This document shows, piece after piece, positions 46,223 to 54,950 of a stretch of 64,000 nt of DNA. Position 1 is the first letter of the stretch, and every line of letters starts with the position of its first letter. The notes below the pieces were generated by a model. That model saw nothing but the letters and a program-made list of their open reading frames with translations. It searched no databases and had not been told where the DNA came from. The stretch is from a virus, in IMG/VR virus record IMGVR_UViG_3300027741_000022, positions 32,001 to 96,000 of that record; one strand, written 5' to 3'. A program made the position numbers and the translations under genes.

Positions 46223-46888
46223 TTGAAGGATTATTTCTACAAACCAGTCAAGGAAGATACAAAAGAACAAAACGTTCTTTTTTGGGGCTGCTTGCATTAT
46301 GGGCACGATCCAGATTGGAATATCCCTCTTTGGAAAAATAGGGGATACAATAGCTGTGTCGAACACGATTTAGGGATCGTGAATAATTGGAATTCAAAGG
46401 CAAGCCAAAATACAATTGGTTTCCTTTTGGGTGACAATATATTTGGACATAATGCCGAGGAACGACTTAAAAAGTTTTTCCAAGACATAATGTTCAAAAA
46501 GCTTTATGTCATGCCTGGAAATCATCAGGCTGGATGGAAACAGATATTTGAAAGTGTCGATGAAAACGTTTATACTGAACATGGAAGAGAAGTAATTTTT
46601 GTTCCAAATTATCTTGAAGCCGTAATTGGTGGTCAAGAAATTGTAATGTCTCATTATCCTTTGGCGAGTTGGAACCGTCAAAGCAAAGGATCTTTTATGA
46701 TTCATAGTCACACTCACGCCAATCTTTACAAAAGTGAAGTCGGTAAAATTCTCTATAAAGCCAAGATTATAGATGTGGGCGTGGAAAATTGTCCATTTCC
46801 AATGAGTCTTTCTGAGATAAAACAAAAATTTAGGAACATGAACAACACTTCTTTTGACCACCATACTTCTGATACACTAATGCCTTGA
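46223..46888 (+). CDS. Calcineurin-like metallophosphoesterase
   Basis: CLHYGH, LGD, PGNH, SHYP..SW, HSHTH, DVGV. Confidence 0.8.
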   Translation: MKDYFYKPVKEDTKEQNVLFWGCLHYGHDPDWNIPLWKNRGYNSCVEHDLGIVNNWNSKASQNTIGFLLGDNIFGHNAEERLKKFFQDIMFKKLYVMPGNHQAGWKQIFESVDENVYTEHGREVIFVPNYLEAVIGGQEIVMSHYPLASWNRQSKGSFMIHSHTHANLYKSEVGKILYKAKIIDVGVENCPFPMSLSEIKQKFRNMNNTSFDHHTSDTLMP

Positions 46889-46899
46889 CAGGTTAAAAA

Positions 46900-47658
46900 A
46901 TGCTCAGACAAAGAATTCATTATTGGAGTTGCAGCAAGTTTGCAAACCTTATTAGAGGTTGTGAAAAACCACCTTATTTAACTATGGAGGATTGGGAAAA
47001 GTGGAGAAGCGAGGTAAAAGCCAAGTCCCCAATCAGATACTTTATTGCAGAAAAACTGCTGAATAAAATTCAGGATTTCATTAACTTTCCAAAAGACACC
47101 TACAACAGCATCAGATATTACATAAGAAATAGATTTATCACTAAGACTCATTATCTTAAAACCGGTCTGGAGCCTGGGGTTTATCATGAGCTTGATGAAA
47201 GAATTTTATACGGATTATTTAATGAGCTTGTTGATTTTGTAGAAGTTGAACAAGCATGGATCAATTATATTTCTAATGACAAGAAATATAATTTCAAAAA
47301 TGGAAGATGTATAGAATCTGGTCTTGATCACCTTAAATGGGCTTCTGGATTGAAGTATGATGAAGATTGCGGAATAGCAGAGGGAGAAGAACTTTATGGC
47401 AAGCCCACACCACAATCAGAATCAGCATTAAAGATTTTAGAGCTATACAATTGGTGGAAAGATAGAAAATACCGCCTCGATCCAACCGAGGCTAGTGGTT
47501 GGTCTGATTATTGTCAAAAAAAGAAAATTGAAGGCAAAAATGATGAAGAAAGTAGAATCGCACTAGAAAAATTGACTAATTTAGAAGAAAAATATGAAAA
47601 AGAAGATGAAGATATGCTGATAGAATTAATAAAAATTCGCAAACATTTGTGGACTTAA
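46900..47658 (+). CDS. Conserved phage hypothetical protein
   Basis: ORF track; phage-like L...GLF..LVDFVE.E motif. Confidence 0.65.
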   Translation: MLRQRIHYWSCSKFANLIRGCEKPPYLTMEDWEKWRSEVKAKSPIRYFIAEKLLNKIQDFINFPKDTYNSIRYYIRNRFITKTHYLKTGLEPGVYHELDERILYGLFNELVDFVEVEQAWINYISNDKKYNFKNGRCIESGLDHLKWASGLKYDEDCGIAEGEELYGKPTPQSESALKILELYNWWKDRKYRLDPTEASGWSDYCQKKKIEGKNDEESRIALEKLTNLEEKYEKEDEDMLIELIKIRKHLWT

Positions 47659-47661
47659 AAC

Positions 47662-47669
47662 TATAAATA
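47662..47669 (+). promoter_or_regulatory. T4-type late promoter
   Basis: Exact TATAAATA, 4 nt before the ATG at 47674. Confidence 0.55.
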
Positions 47670-47673
47670 ACTC

Positions 47674-47835
47674 ATGAGAGTTATTTGCGTAAACAATGAA
47701 AATTATCCGGTTTCTCTTTCTTTAAATAAAGAATATGAAGTTGTAAGAATAGAAGAATTTTTTTATGTTATTTTGGATGAAACTCTAGAAGAATACTTAT
47801 ACCCAATAGAGCTTTTTGAAATTTCAAAGGATTGA
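47674..47835 (+). CDS. Small hypothetical protein
   Basis: Hand-found 53-aa ORF MRVICVNNENYPVSLSLNKEYEV... Confidence 0.6.
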   Translation: MRVICVNNENYPVSLSLNKEYEVVRIEEFFYVILDETLEEYLYPIELFEISKD

Positions 47836-47860
47836 AAAAGCATCTAACATATTGTATAAT
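47832..47860 (+). promoter_or_regulatory. Sigma-70-type promoter (leaderless transcript likely)
   Basis: TTGAAA-N17-TATAAT, with an ATG 7 nt after the -10. Confidence 0.65.
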
Positions 47861-47867
47861 GAAGGCT

Positions 47868-48284
47868 ATGAATCTCGAAAGGATTATTGAGACAAGCTTT
47901 GCTCTTGCTGGCAAATATCCCTATAAAAATAGGTGCAAGCACTTTAGCTTTATTCTTGAAAGAAATAGATTAATTTCCATTGGAATAAACAGCCCTAAAA
48001 CTCATCCGCTAAACTTAAAGTTCAATTATGTCAACAAGCAAAAGCTTAAGATAAACGATATAGTTGGAACACATTCTGAATTGAGTGCTGTGATAAAACT
48101 TGGTAATGAAAATTGCAAAGGTCTAACTATCATCAATACAAGAGTCAATAGAAACAACGAAATAGATAATAGTTGTCCTTGTAATGGCTGTAAGGATATG
48201 ATTAAGAAGCTTGGTTTTAAGAAGTTAGTTTATACCACAAAACAACAAAAATTTGAAATCATAGATGTGGAAAAAATCTCCTGA
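47868..48284 (+). CDS. Zn-dependent deaminase (CMP/dCMP family)
   Basis: HSE ... SCPCNGC. Confidence 0.75.
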   Translation: MNLERIIETSFALAGKYPYKNRCKHFSFILERNRLISIGINSPKTHPLNLKFNYVNKQKLKINDIVGTHSELSAVIKLGNENCKGLTIINTRVNRNNEIDNSCPCNGCKDMIKKLGFKKLVYTTKQQKFEIIDVEKIS

Positions 48285-48480
48285 AGACAGTGGTTTCTAT
48301 TGGTATTGTTATAGTAAAGATAAAACCTTACATAAAGTTGTTTGTCAGTACGAACGTGTGTCTAAATCTGTTATCTTTCCGGGCGGTGGATATTCAGCCC
48401 CCTACACCCCTTTAGAGCATCTTAGCGATCTTGATGGTTTTTGGTTCGGTCCTATAGTGCCTCCTGATGATCCCGTATAA
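48265..48480 (+). CDS. Hypothetical protein
   Basis: ORF track. Confidence 0.5.
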   Translation: MWKKSPEDSGFYWYCYSKDKTLHKVVCQYERVSKSVIFPGGGYSAPYTPLEHLSDLDGFWFGPIVPPDDPV

Positions 48481-48490
48481 AGGTTTTGAG

Positions 48491-49333
48491 ATGGATTTCA
48501 AAGATAGAATCGAAAAAATAAAAAGTATACTTCCTTTAAAGTTTTTTTACGAAAAAAGCTTTGATACAAATTCAAGAACTAAAATATTATCTGATTTGAA
48601 GTTGGATGGTCTCGATAAAGAATCATCTATTTTAAGATGCGGAGTTCTTTTAACTAGGGAGCAAGAACTTCACCTGTTCAGAAGATATAACTATATCAAA
48701 TATAGGATTTCCAAACTAACTGTCAATCTTGAAAAATTAAGAGATAGTGGATTAACTGAGATAGAAAAAAATATCAATAAGATGCACGAGACCAGAAATG
48801 TTATCATGAAGTGTAATATGCGTCTTATTGTTAAACCTTCTATCAAACATTTTGGCGTAGATACCTTTAATACAGAAGAGTTTTTCTCTAATGGTTATAT
48901 TCACATGATGAGAGCTATAGACTTTTTTGATCATACAAGAGGGTTTAAGTTTTCAACATACTTTGTTAATGTTTTGTATAGAAATTTTCAAAGAGATAGA
49001 GCTAAGCTTTTTGATAGCAGGTGTGATTTTCTTGAACATGATCCTCAAGACCAAAGAGATGTCAATTACCGAGAAATAAATCACAACTATAACAGACGGT
49101 TTATCAAAGATATGTTAGCCACTTTGGGCGAAAGCTTAAAGGGTTCAAGAAAAGATCCTGTTGTTAGAGCGGCTGTTATTGAAAAATATTTCGGCATAGA
49201 CAACGGCGAAGAAAAAACACTACATGAAGTTGGTCTTCAATTTGGTGTTTCAAGAGAGCGTATTCGACAATTGGTTGATGATACAATCAATGTTCTTAAA
49301 AAATCAAACATCTCTTACGATCCCCTTGATTGA
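48491..49333 (+). CDS. Sigma-70-family RNA polymerase sigma factor
   Basis: Region 1.2 LLTREQELHLFRR; region 2 NMRLIV...RAIDFFD.TRGFKFSTY; region 4 TLHEVG..FGVSRERIRQL. Confidence 0.9.
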   Translation: MDFKDRIEKIKSILPLKFFYEKSFDTNSRTKILSDLKLDGLDKESSILRCGVLLTREQELHLFRRYNYIKYRISKLTVNLEKLRDSGLTEIEKNINKMHETRNVIMKCNMRLIVKPSIKHFGVDTFNTEEFFSNGYIHMMRAIDFFDHTRGFKFSTYFVNVLYRNFQRDRAKLFDSRCDFLEHDPQDQRDVNYREINHNYNRRFIKDMLATLGESLKGSRKDPVVRAAVIEKYFGIDNGEEKTLHEVGLQFGVSRERIRQLVDDTINVLKKSNISYDPLD

Positions 49334-49341
49334 AGTGGTCT

Positions 49342-49449
49342 ATGCGTAGAAATTTAGAAGAATTTTTTCTTTATTTTTGGCAACTATCTGGTGTTGTCTT
49401 TATATTTTTAATGATTATGATCACAATAATCAGAATATTATCGATTTGA
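49342..49449 (+). CDS. Small membrane protein
   Basis: Hand-found 35-aa hydrophobic ORF. Confidence 0.4.
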   Translation: MRRNLEEFFLYFWQLSGVVFIFLMIMITIIRILSI

Positions 49450-49473
49450 CAACTTCTTCAAAGATTATACACT
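49446..49473 (+). promoter_or_regulatory. Sigma-70-type promoter
   Basis: TTGACA-N16-TACACT. Confidence 0.5.
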
Positions 49474-49542
49474 CAGCACTTCTTGCGGGGGGTCTGAGAA
49501 TCACTGGTGGAACGTGATTTAAATTTAGCTTATAGTTAGATT

Positions 49543-50181
49543 ATGGAGAATCTAATGATAGAAGAATATGTTGATGTTGATTGTGAAGAATCACCTATTG
49601 ATTTAAGTTTTTGGGAAGAGTCTTATGGATATGATCACTATGAAACTTATTTTAAGACCGTTAATCAAAAATTAAAATCTGACGCTAAATTTGCTTTTCA
49701 ATATGCACAAAAAAATGGTAGACTAACAAAAGAATATGAACGTGTTTTTCTAACTGATCCTGAACAAGCTTTTTTATATTCTTTTTGGGTTATTCGTTGT
49801 AAGCTTCCCGTAGGAATAGAAAAAGTTTTTATAAAGAGTGCAAAGTGGGCTTTTTCTTATGCAAAAAATGTTTACAAAGGAAGATTGCCAAAAAATTTAG
49901 AAAAGGCTTTTGAGAATGACCCAGAATCAGCTTACAACTATGCTATTTTTATAAATCAAAAGCTTGAAGAGAAAACTGAGAATGTTTTTTTAAGAGATAC
50001 AATTGAAGAGCGAGGCGATGTTCTTCATGAAGATTTTTTTTGGGCTTGTCTTTATGCTAAAAATGTATTAAAAGGCAGGTTCTCAGAAAAAACCCATAAA
50101 TCGCTTTTCTTGAGGTACAGTTTTGATGAAGGATGCTCTAAGAAGTTTCTTAAGGAATATTTTAATGAAAACAAAGCCTGA
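49543..50181 (+). CDS. Helical ~27-aa repeat protein
   Basis: Units such as SAKWAFSYAKNVYKGRLPKNLEKAFEN. Confidence 0.7.
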   Translation: MENLMIEEYVDVDCEESPIDLSFWEESYGYDHYETYFKTVNQKLKSDAKFAFQYAQKNGRLTKEYERVFLTDPEQAFLYSFWVIRCKLPVGIEKVFIKSAKWAFSYAKNVYKGRLPKNLEKAFENDPESAYNYAIFINQKLEEKTENVFLRDTIEERGDVLHEDFFWACLYAKNVLKGRFSEKTHKSLFLRYSFDEGCSKKFLKEYFNENKA

Positions 50182-50365
50182 GCCGACAAGAGTCAGAGTG
50201 ATAGATGAAATAAAAATTGGCGACTCTGTTCGCTTAAAATACGCCTCAGAAGAAGATATTAGGCTTACAGCTTATTATCTTTGGGAGCAAAATGGAAAAA
50301 TCGGAGATAGCAATCATTGGTGGGCTAAAGCAGAAGAGCATATCAGAGAAAAAATGAAGGCTTAG
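50165..50365 (+). CDS. DUF2934-domain protein
   Basis: EEDIRLTAYYLWEQNG......HWW.KAEE. Confidence 0.75.
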   Translation: MKTKPEPTRVRVIDEIKIGDSVRLKYASEEDIRLTAYYLWEQNGKIGDSNHWWAKAEEHIREKMKA

Positions 50366-50553
50366 CTCTTCTTTCGTTTCTTTTTCTTTCGTTTTTTCTT
50401 ACCAACTAGCTTTTCAACTTGCCAAGGTAAAGCTGTAGAATGACTATGAATAGATGCAGCGGGTATAGGTGGTTTTAAACCTAATGCTGCGTCCCAACGC
50501 AATCTTGTTGCTGGGCTTGATTCCTTAGCCAACCATTCTTTAAAGCTTATCAT
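50362..50553 (-). CDS. Small basic protein with capsid-targeting-like N-terminus
   Basis: MISFKEWLAKE...; TATATA 5 nt upstream; Lys/Arg tail. Confidence 0.6.
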   Translation of the reverse strand: MISFKEWLAKESSPATRLRWDAALGLKPPIPAASIHSHSTALPWQVEKLVGKKKRKKKKRKKS

Positions 50554-50578
50554 AATAATATATATGCTTGCGTGACAA

Positions 50579-50596
50579 GTTTCTTCCTGGTACGCT
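50579..50596 (+). promoter_or_regulatory. Dispersed 18-bp motif, copy 13
   Basis: GTTTCTTCCTGGTACGCT, with TTGCGT 17 nt before the hexamer. Confidence 0.8.
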
Positions 50597-50617
50597 ACTT
50601 GGTTGCGACGAATAACA

Positions 50618-50635
50618 AACTGTTCGTGGTACGCT
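50618..50635 (+). promoter_or_regulatory. Dispersed motif, degenerate copy 14
   Basis: AACTGTTCGTGGTACGCT. Confidence 0.55.
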
Positions 50636-50668
50636 GAGAAATCTGGCGTAAGCCGGATAGATAAGTTC

Positions 50669-50980
50669 ATGGAGTTTAAGTGCTTTTTAGAAATGGCAAG
50701 TTTCACTTTGCCACACCCCATTAAAATAGATGGTGAATATGTAACTGCTGTAGATATGCAGTTTGAAAAATATCCACGTACAATAAATGATTCTGGCAAG
50801 GTTATGAACCAAGGATCAAAGTTTATTGCAAAGATACCAGATAGCTCCGACTATATTGTTTATGATGGAGCCGGAAGTTCTAATTTTGTAAGTAAAAACG
50901 ATATAATTGGATATATCACAAGAGGTTTCAGTAAAATTGGCGTCGATTGGTGGAAAAAAGCCTTCTTTGTAAAAGATTGA
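50669..50980 (+). CDS. Hypothetical protein with capsid-targeting-like N-terminus
   Basis: MEFKCFLE..., TAGATA 5 nt upstream. Confidence 0.6.
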   Translation: MEFKCFLEMASFTLPHPIKIDGEYVTAVDMQFEKYPRTINDSGKVMNQGSKFIAKIPDSSDYIVYDGAGSSNFVSKNDIIGYITRGFSKIGVDWWKKAFFVKD

Positions 50981-50987
50981 GTTAACT

Positions 50988-51203
50988 GTGAATTGTTCAA
51001 ATTGCGGCGAAGTTGTAAATTTTGAAAGAGCTGAATTTCTTCTTTCTACACACAGACAAATTACTTGTTTGATTTGTTCTAAAGAGCCAAGAAAGACTGG
51101 CTTGATGGACTATTCTCATAAAACCGCCCCACAACTTGTCCTTCTGCCAGAAGATCCAGAAGTAAAAAGAATCGCAATGAGGGCTTTTTGCAGAGCTAGG
51201 TAA
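50988..51203 (+). CDS. DksA/TraR-type C4 zinc-finger protein
   Basis: CSNCGE.V..ER...L......CLIC. Confidence 0.65.
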   Translation: MNCSNCGEVVNFERAEFLLSTHRQITCLICSKEPRKTGLMDYSHKTAPQLVLLPEDPEVKRIAMRAFCRAR

Positions 51204-51479
51204 ATGAGCATAGATAATCAAATTTCAATTATCGCAAAAAAGAATAAAGATTTGGCAAACTGTATTGATAATCAATATGGTTGTTTGACGATGGAAAATA
51301 TTAAAGAGCTTGCCAAAGACTTTCCGACTCATATGCTTTTGGTAAGGTGTGGCAATGGAAGGTTCGTTACAGCCGCCGACAGTGTAGAGCATTTTTGTGA
51401 GGTTGTTGGAAAGAGCAATAAAGATTATGTTCGTGATGTATCCTTAGTTGTTGATGATTGGATTCCCAATAGGTTTTAA
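51204..51479 (+). CDS. Hypothetical protein
   Basis: ORF track. Confidence 0.6.
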   Translation: MSIDNQISIIAKKNKDLANCIDNQYGCLTMENIKELAKDFPTHMLLVRCGNGRFVTAADSVEHFCEVVGKSNKDYVRDVSLVVDDWIPNRF

Positions 51480-51504
51480 TTTTTTAATATAGGAGATTAT
51501 AAAA

Positions 51505-51786
51505 ATGGGTTCTTTAACAGTTGTTAAGCCTGCAGGCAGTGTTGCACTTCCCGATAATGATCAGTGGTCAAATCGCTTTGAAATTAGAAGCGAAAGCAGC
51601 AATAGAGTGTATATTGTTGCTCAAAATAAGAAAACTGGTAATTGGGGTTGTAGCTGCCCTGGATATTTGAGTAAGAGAAAGTGCAAGCATCTTATTGATG
51701 GTTGTGGTCTTGACGAGCAGCAGATTCATGGTAACAAGAATGCTATTGAAAATCATTCTCCTTCAACTTACAAAAGGATTGGTTGA
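51505..51786 (+). CDS. SWIM zinc-finger protein
   Basis: CSCP.......CKH; SD AGGAG. Confidence 0.75.
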   Translation: MGSLTVVKPAGSVALPDNDQWSNRFEIRSESSNRVYIVAQNKKTGNWGCSCPGYLSKRKCKHLIDGCGLDEQQIHGNKNAIENHSPSTYKRIG

Positions 51787-52151
51787 TGGGCGCCAGTTTT
51801 AACTACGTTATTGTTCCTAAGAAAATTCAGTCGAGAAAAGACTTGAAAAAGTTTTATGAAGACACCAAGCAGAAATTATTTGATGAATACGGCGAAGATT
51901 TTGAGGGATACAGTGGCGACATGGCGGTAGATAATGGAGAGCTTGAGATTAAAGAAGATCTTAAGCTTGATTTAACGCGACTTGGTCTTCCTAAATACAA
52001 AAAGGTTTTGACCAAGAATAGCTTTAGTGAAGATTATAGTGTTGTAGAAAAGATGATGGACTTGGTAACTGAACACGTTGAAAAATGGGGTCCAAGCATC
52101 GCAATTAGAGTTAATGATCAATGGGTTATTTGTGGCTCCTATAGTGATTGA
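51783..52151 (+). CDS. Hypothetical protein
   Basis: ORF track; coupled to neighbours. Confidence 0.6.
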   Translation: MMGASFNYVIVPKKIQSRKDLKKFYEDTKQKLFDEYGEDFEGYSGDMAVDNGELEIKEDLKLDLTRLGLPKYKKVLTKNSFSEDYSVVEKMMDLVTEHVEKWGPSIAIRVNDQWVICGSYSD

Positions 52152-52585
52152 GGAAACAAATGCAAGTTGTAATCACAGACGGTGGAAGAAAAGAAGCTGG
52201 ATATAAAGCCCGTAATTCTGGTGATTGTGTCTGCAGGGCAATATCAATTGCCACTAAACAGGATTACCAAAAGGTCTACGACGATCTAAACGAAGTTGCA
52301 GAAAGAGAACGCCCAAGAGGAAAAAAGAAAAGAAGTAATTCCAACACAGGTGTTCATAAAGTTACCATTAAGAGGTATATGGAAAATTTAGGTTGGACTT
52401 GGGTGCCGACCATGAAAATCGGAACTGGTTGTAAAGTTCATTTAAAAAAGGAAGAATTGCCTTCAGGAAGGCTCGTAGTCAGTGTCAGCAAACACTTAGT
52501 TGCTGTTATCGATGGAGTTATTCACGATAACCACAACCCAGCCAGAAATGGCACTCGTTGTGTTTATGGATATTGGACCAAATGA
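52148..52585 (+). CDS. Conserved phage protein, possible papain-like Cys-His fold
   Basis: GDCVCRAISIAT...KHLVAVIDGVIHD. Confidence 0.55.
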   Translation: MRKQMQVVITDGGRKEAGYKARNSGDCVCRAISIATKQDYQKVYDDLNEVAERERPRGKKKRSNSNTGVHKVTIKRYMENLGWTWVPTMKIGTGCKVHLKKEELPSGRLVVSVSKHLVAVIDGVIHDNHNPARNGTRCVYGYWTK

Positions 52586-53412
52586 AATTAGGCATCGTTG
52601 TTGGTACACACGGAACACCAGCTTTTATTCATTTACACCTTGAAATTTCCAAAAGATTATACCCAGAAAAGATTCTCATAGTAGATGATAATTCTTGTGA
52701 ATCAGATAAAATAAAGAATCTTTGCGAAGAATATAGTGTAGATTTCTTACCAGAAACTGGTTCGACAAAAGGTTTCTATGATAGTATCTATAAAGTTTGT
52801 ATAAACTGCAAGCAAGAAAAATTAACAATAAACGATATTTGCGAAAAATGTAATAAGCATTTTCTTGGTGACATTAGTTTAACTGCAAGCGGTCTTAGAT
52901 GGGCAAAAACCAATAATGTTGAATTATTGGTAAAATTCTCCAGAAGATTTATTCCTTTATATGATTGGCGTCAAGAGCTTGTTAGAATAGCTTTGACCAC
53001 TAATTATCCAGCATATACATCTTGGGACGAAGATAGCAAATTTGGCTTTAAAACTGAGGCTGTTGCTTTTACAGTTGATGATTGGATCAAATATGGTGCC
53101 GTTGACATAATGGAAAATTGCAAGCCCGCCTTGGCTGAATCTTTTATGTGGGCTAATTGCTTAAGATTATTTGAAATAAAAAAAATTAATGAGCAGAAGT
53201 TTTCATTTGATCAATTTAGACCAGTAGATCCATATTGGCACCTAATAAAGAACTATCAACTCGGATATGGACAGTGGTTTATAGCTGGTACTGCAAGATC
53301 TCAAAGATTAAGTTGGCGTTTATGGCATCACGTTAATTCACCAGCTGATTATCTATATCTGGCAAATAGTCTTGGAATTAATTATTATACAGAGAAAGAT
53401 TTCATAGTATGA
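52582..53412 (+). CDS. GT2-like glycosyltransferase
   Basis: N-terminal IVVGTHG...ILIVDDNS. Confidence 0.5.
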   Translation: MKLGIVVGTHGTPAFIHLHLEISKRLYPEKILIVDDNSCESDKIKNLCEEYSVDFLPETGSTKGFYDSIYKVCINCKQEKLTINDICEKCNKHFLGDISLTASGLRWAKTNNVELLVKFSRRFIPLYDWRQELVRIALTTNYPAYTSWDEDSKFGFKTEAVAFTVDDWIKYGAVDIMENCKPALAESFMWANCLRLFEIKKINEQKFSFDQFRPVDPYWHLIKNYQLGYGQWFIAGTARSQRLSWRLWHHVNSPADYLYLANSLGINYYTEKDFIV

Positions 53413-53720
53413 AAAAAAAGCGTAATTTTGGCGATGTGTTTGCAAAATATAAAACATATGATGATAGTTGTGGCAGAGGTTGTGTAGATGAATGGAGTCA
53501 TTCATTTAATCAAAAATACTCTCAGCAAGAAGCAAAGAATATTGTAAAAGAAATCGATCCATATACTCTTATGGAATTGGATCGAGATTGCACTTTAGCG
53601 GATCTTAAGCTAAGATATAGAAAGCTTATGATGCAACACCATCCAGATCGCGGTGGTGATCCAATTAAATGCAAGATGATAATTGCAGCATACTCAATCT
53701 TAGAAATGAGACTATCTTGA
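53409..53720 (+). CDS. DnaJ-domain protein
   Basis: LKLRYRKLMMQHHPDRGGD...I..AY..L (HPD). Confidence 0.85.
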   Translation: MKKKRNFGDVFAKYKTYDDSCGRGCVDEWSHSFNQKYSQQEAKNIVKEIDPYTLMELDRDCTLADLKLRYRKLMMQHHPDRGGDPIKCKMIIAAYSILEMRLS

Positions 53721-54010
53721 AAGTTGAACATTTTGAATGTATTTGTTACAGCGATGAACACAGGCTTACATTCCAAATAGACGACGATATTAAGAATGGA
53801 TGGAAGCCAGAATTTTACACAAGTGTATTTCTAGCCGAACATAGCGATATTTTTAAAAGAATTTGGACTGCAATCAAATATATTTTTGGATATAAATGCA
53901 GATACGGTCATTGGGAAAATTTCATCATGAATGAAAAAGATATTGATAGGATGCTAACTGTCCTGCAAAACTACAAAAAAGTTCTAGAAGAGTCTAAAAA
54001 TGCTGGTTAA
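53717..54010 (+). CDS. Hypothetical protein
   Basis: TTGA overlap. Confidence 0.6.
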   Translation: MKVEHFECICYSDEHRLTFQIDDDIKNGWKPEFYTSVFLAEHSDIFKRIWTAIKYIFGYKCRYGHWENFIMNEKDIDRMLTVLQNYKKVLEESKNAG

Positions 54011-54110
54011 TAGTACAGAATATGCTTGCGCCTTACTATCGATGCTTTTTGCTGGATTTGCATTAGGTGCTGGTATTTCCTCCTTTTTTCTGGCAAATGA
54101 AAAAAAATAA
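54000..54110 (+). CDS. Small membrane protein
   Basis: Hand-found 36-aa hydrophobic ORF. Confidence 0.4.
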   Translation: MLVNSTEYACALLSMLFAGFALGAGISSFFLANEKK

Positions 54111-54116
54111 CTTGAT

Positions 54117-54134
54117 CTTTCTTCCTGGTACGCT
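54117..54134 (+). promoter_or_regulatory. Dispersed 18-bp motif, copy 15
   Basis: CTTTCTTCCTGGTACGCT. Confidence 0.75.
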
Positions 54135-54183
54135 AGGATTGTGTCGTGATTGGTTTCGTTCATCTTTTATAGGAGAGCATTAA

Positions 54184-54462
54184 ATGGCTCGTAAGAAGCA
54201 GGTTGGTCGGACGGTTGGCAAGAAGTCGGTTGATGTTAAGACGTTCGTTAGCACCGTTATGGCTGCAAGCAAGAAGGGGCTTTCGCAGACTTGGGTTGCA
54301 AGTGAGCTTAATATCACCCCGGCTGCTGTTAGCCTTCGTTGCAAGTACCTCCGTGACAACGGGGTTAAGGGCTTGCCCGAATTTCCGCGTGGCAATCCCA
54401 CTACCGGAGGTCGGATTGATGTTAAGGCTTTGAACGATCTTGTTCGTTCTTGCCGTTCTTGA
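54184..54462 (+). CDS. Small HTH protein, paralog of 27813
   Basis: SQTWVASELNITPAAVSLRCKYLRDNGV; SD AGGAG. Confidence 0.7.
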   Translation: MARKKQVGRTVGKKSVDVKTFVSTVMAASKKGLSQTWVASELNITPAAVSLRCKYLRDNGVKGLPEFPRGNPTTGGRIDVKALNDLVRSCRS

Positions 54463-54497
54463 TTCGATCTGGTAAAACAGATTGTGTTGTGAAGATC

Positions 54498-54537
54498 TTA
54501 AGCCGTTTGACTAATAATCAAGCGGCTTAATTTCTTT
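54498..54537 (+). terminator. Rho-independent terminator
   Basis: 13-bp stem TTAAGCCGTTTGA/TCAAGCGGCTTAA plus a T-rich tail. Confidence 0.65.
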
Positions 54538-54572
54538 ATATTAATCAAACATCCCAAGAAAGGAGTCTTGTT

Positions 54573-54950
54573 ATGAATGGGTGGAATTCTGAAATAACCA
54601 CACTCAGATTCAATAAATTCTTATTGGATAATTGGAGGGGTAAAACCCCAGGCGAATTAGCCTCTATTTGGAATAAAGAGAATTCAAGATACAGAACAAA
54701 TTCTGTATGTGTTGTTCATTCTTTGAATAGACTTAAAATTAAAATACCTACTGATGAAATTCAAGGTATTAAAAGATTGAGAGAAAAAGAATCTGCCATC
54801 AAAAAGGGCAAAAGATACACAAGCTCTAAAGATTTATTTGAACAAATAAAAGCTGAAAGAATAAAGCTTATGATGGTCAGGGTTGAAAAGAATAGAGATT
54901 TATGGACAGGAATGGAAGCAGAAGAATCTGTTTATCACAATGAACAATAA
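54573..54950 (+). CDS. Hypothetical protein
   Basis: SD AAGGAG. Confidence 0.6.
   Translation: MNGWNSEITTLRFNKFLLDNWRGKTPGELASIWNKENSRYRTNSVCVVHSLNRLKIKIPTDEIQGIKRLREKESAIKKGKRYTSSKDLFEQIKAERIKLMMVRVEKNRDLWTGMEAEESVYHNEQ

Noticed and set aside
49474-49530. Possible ncRNA after the promoter at 49446 (G-run and AATCAC/GTGATT hairpin)
   Set aside because: There is only one 6-bp stem and no recognisable family; it is most simply the 5' UTR of 49543.
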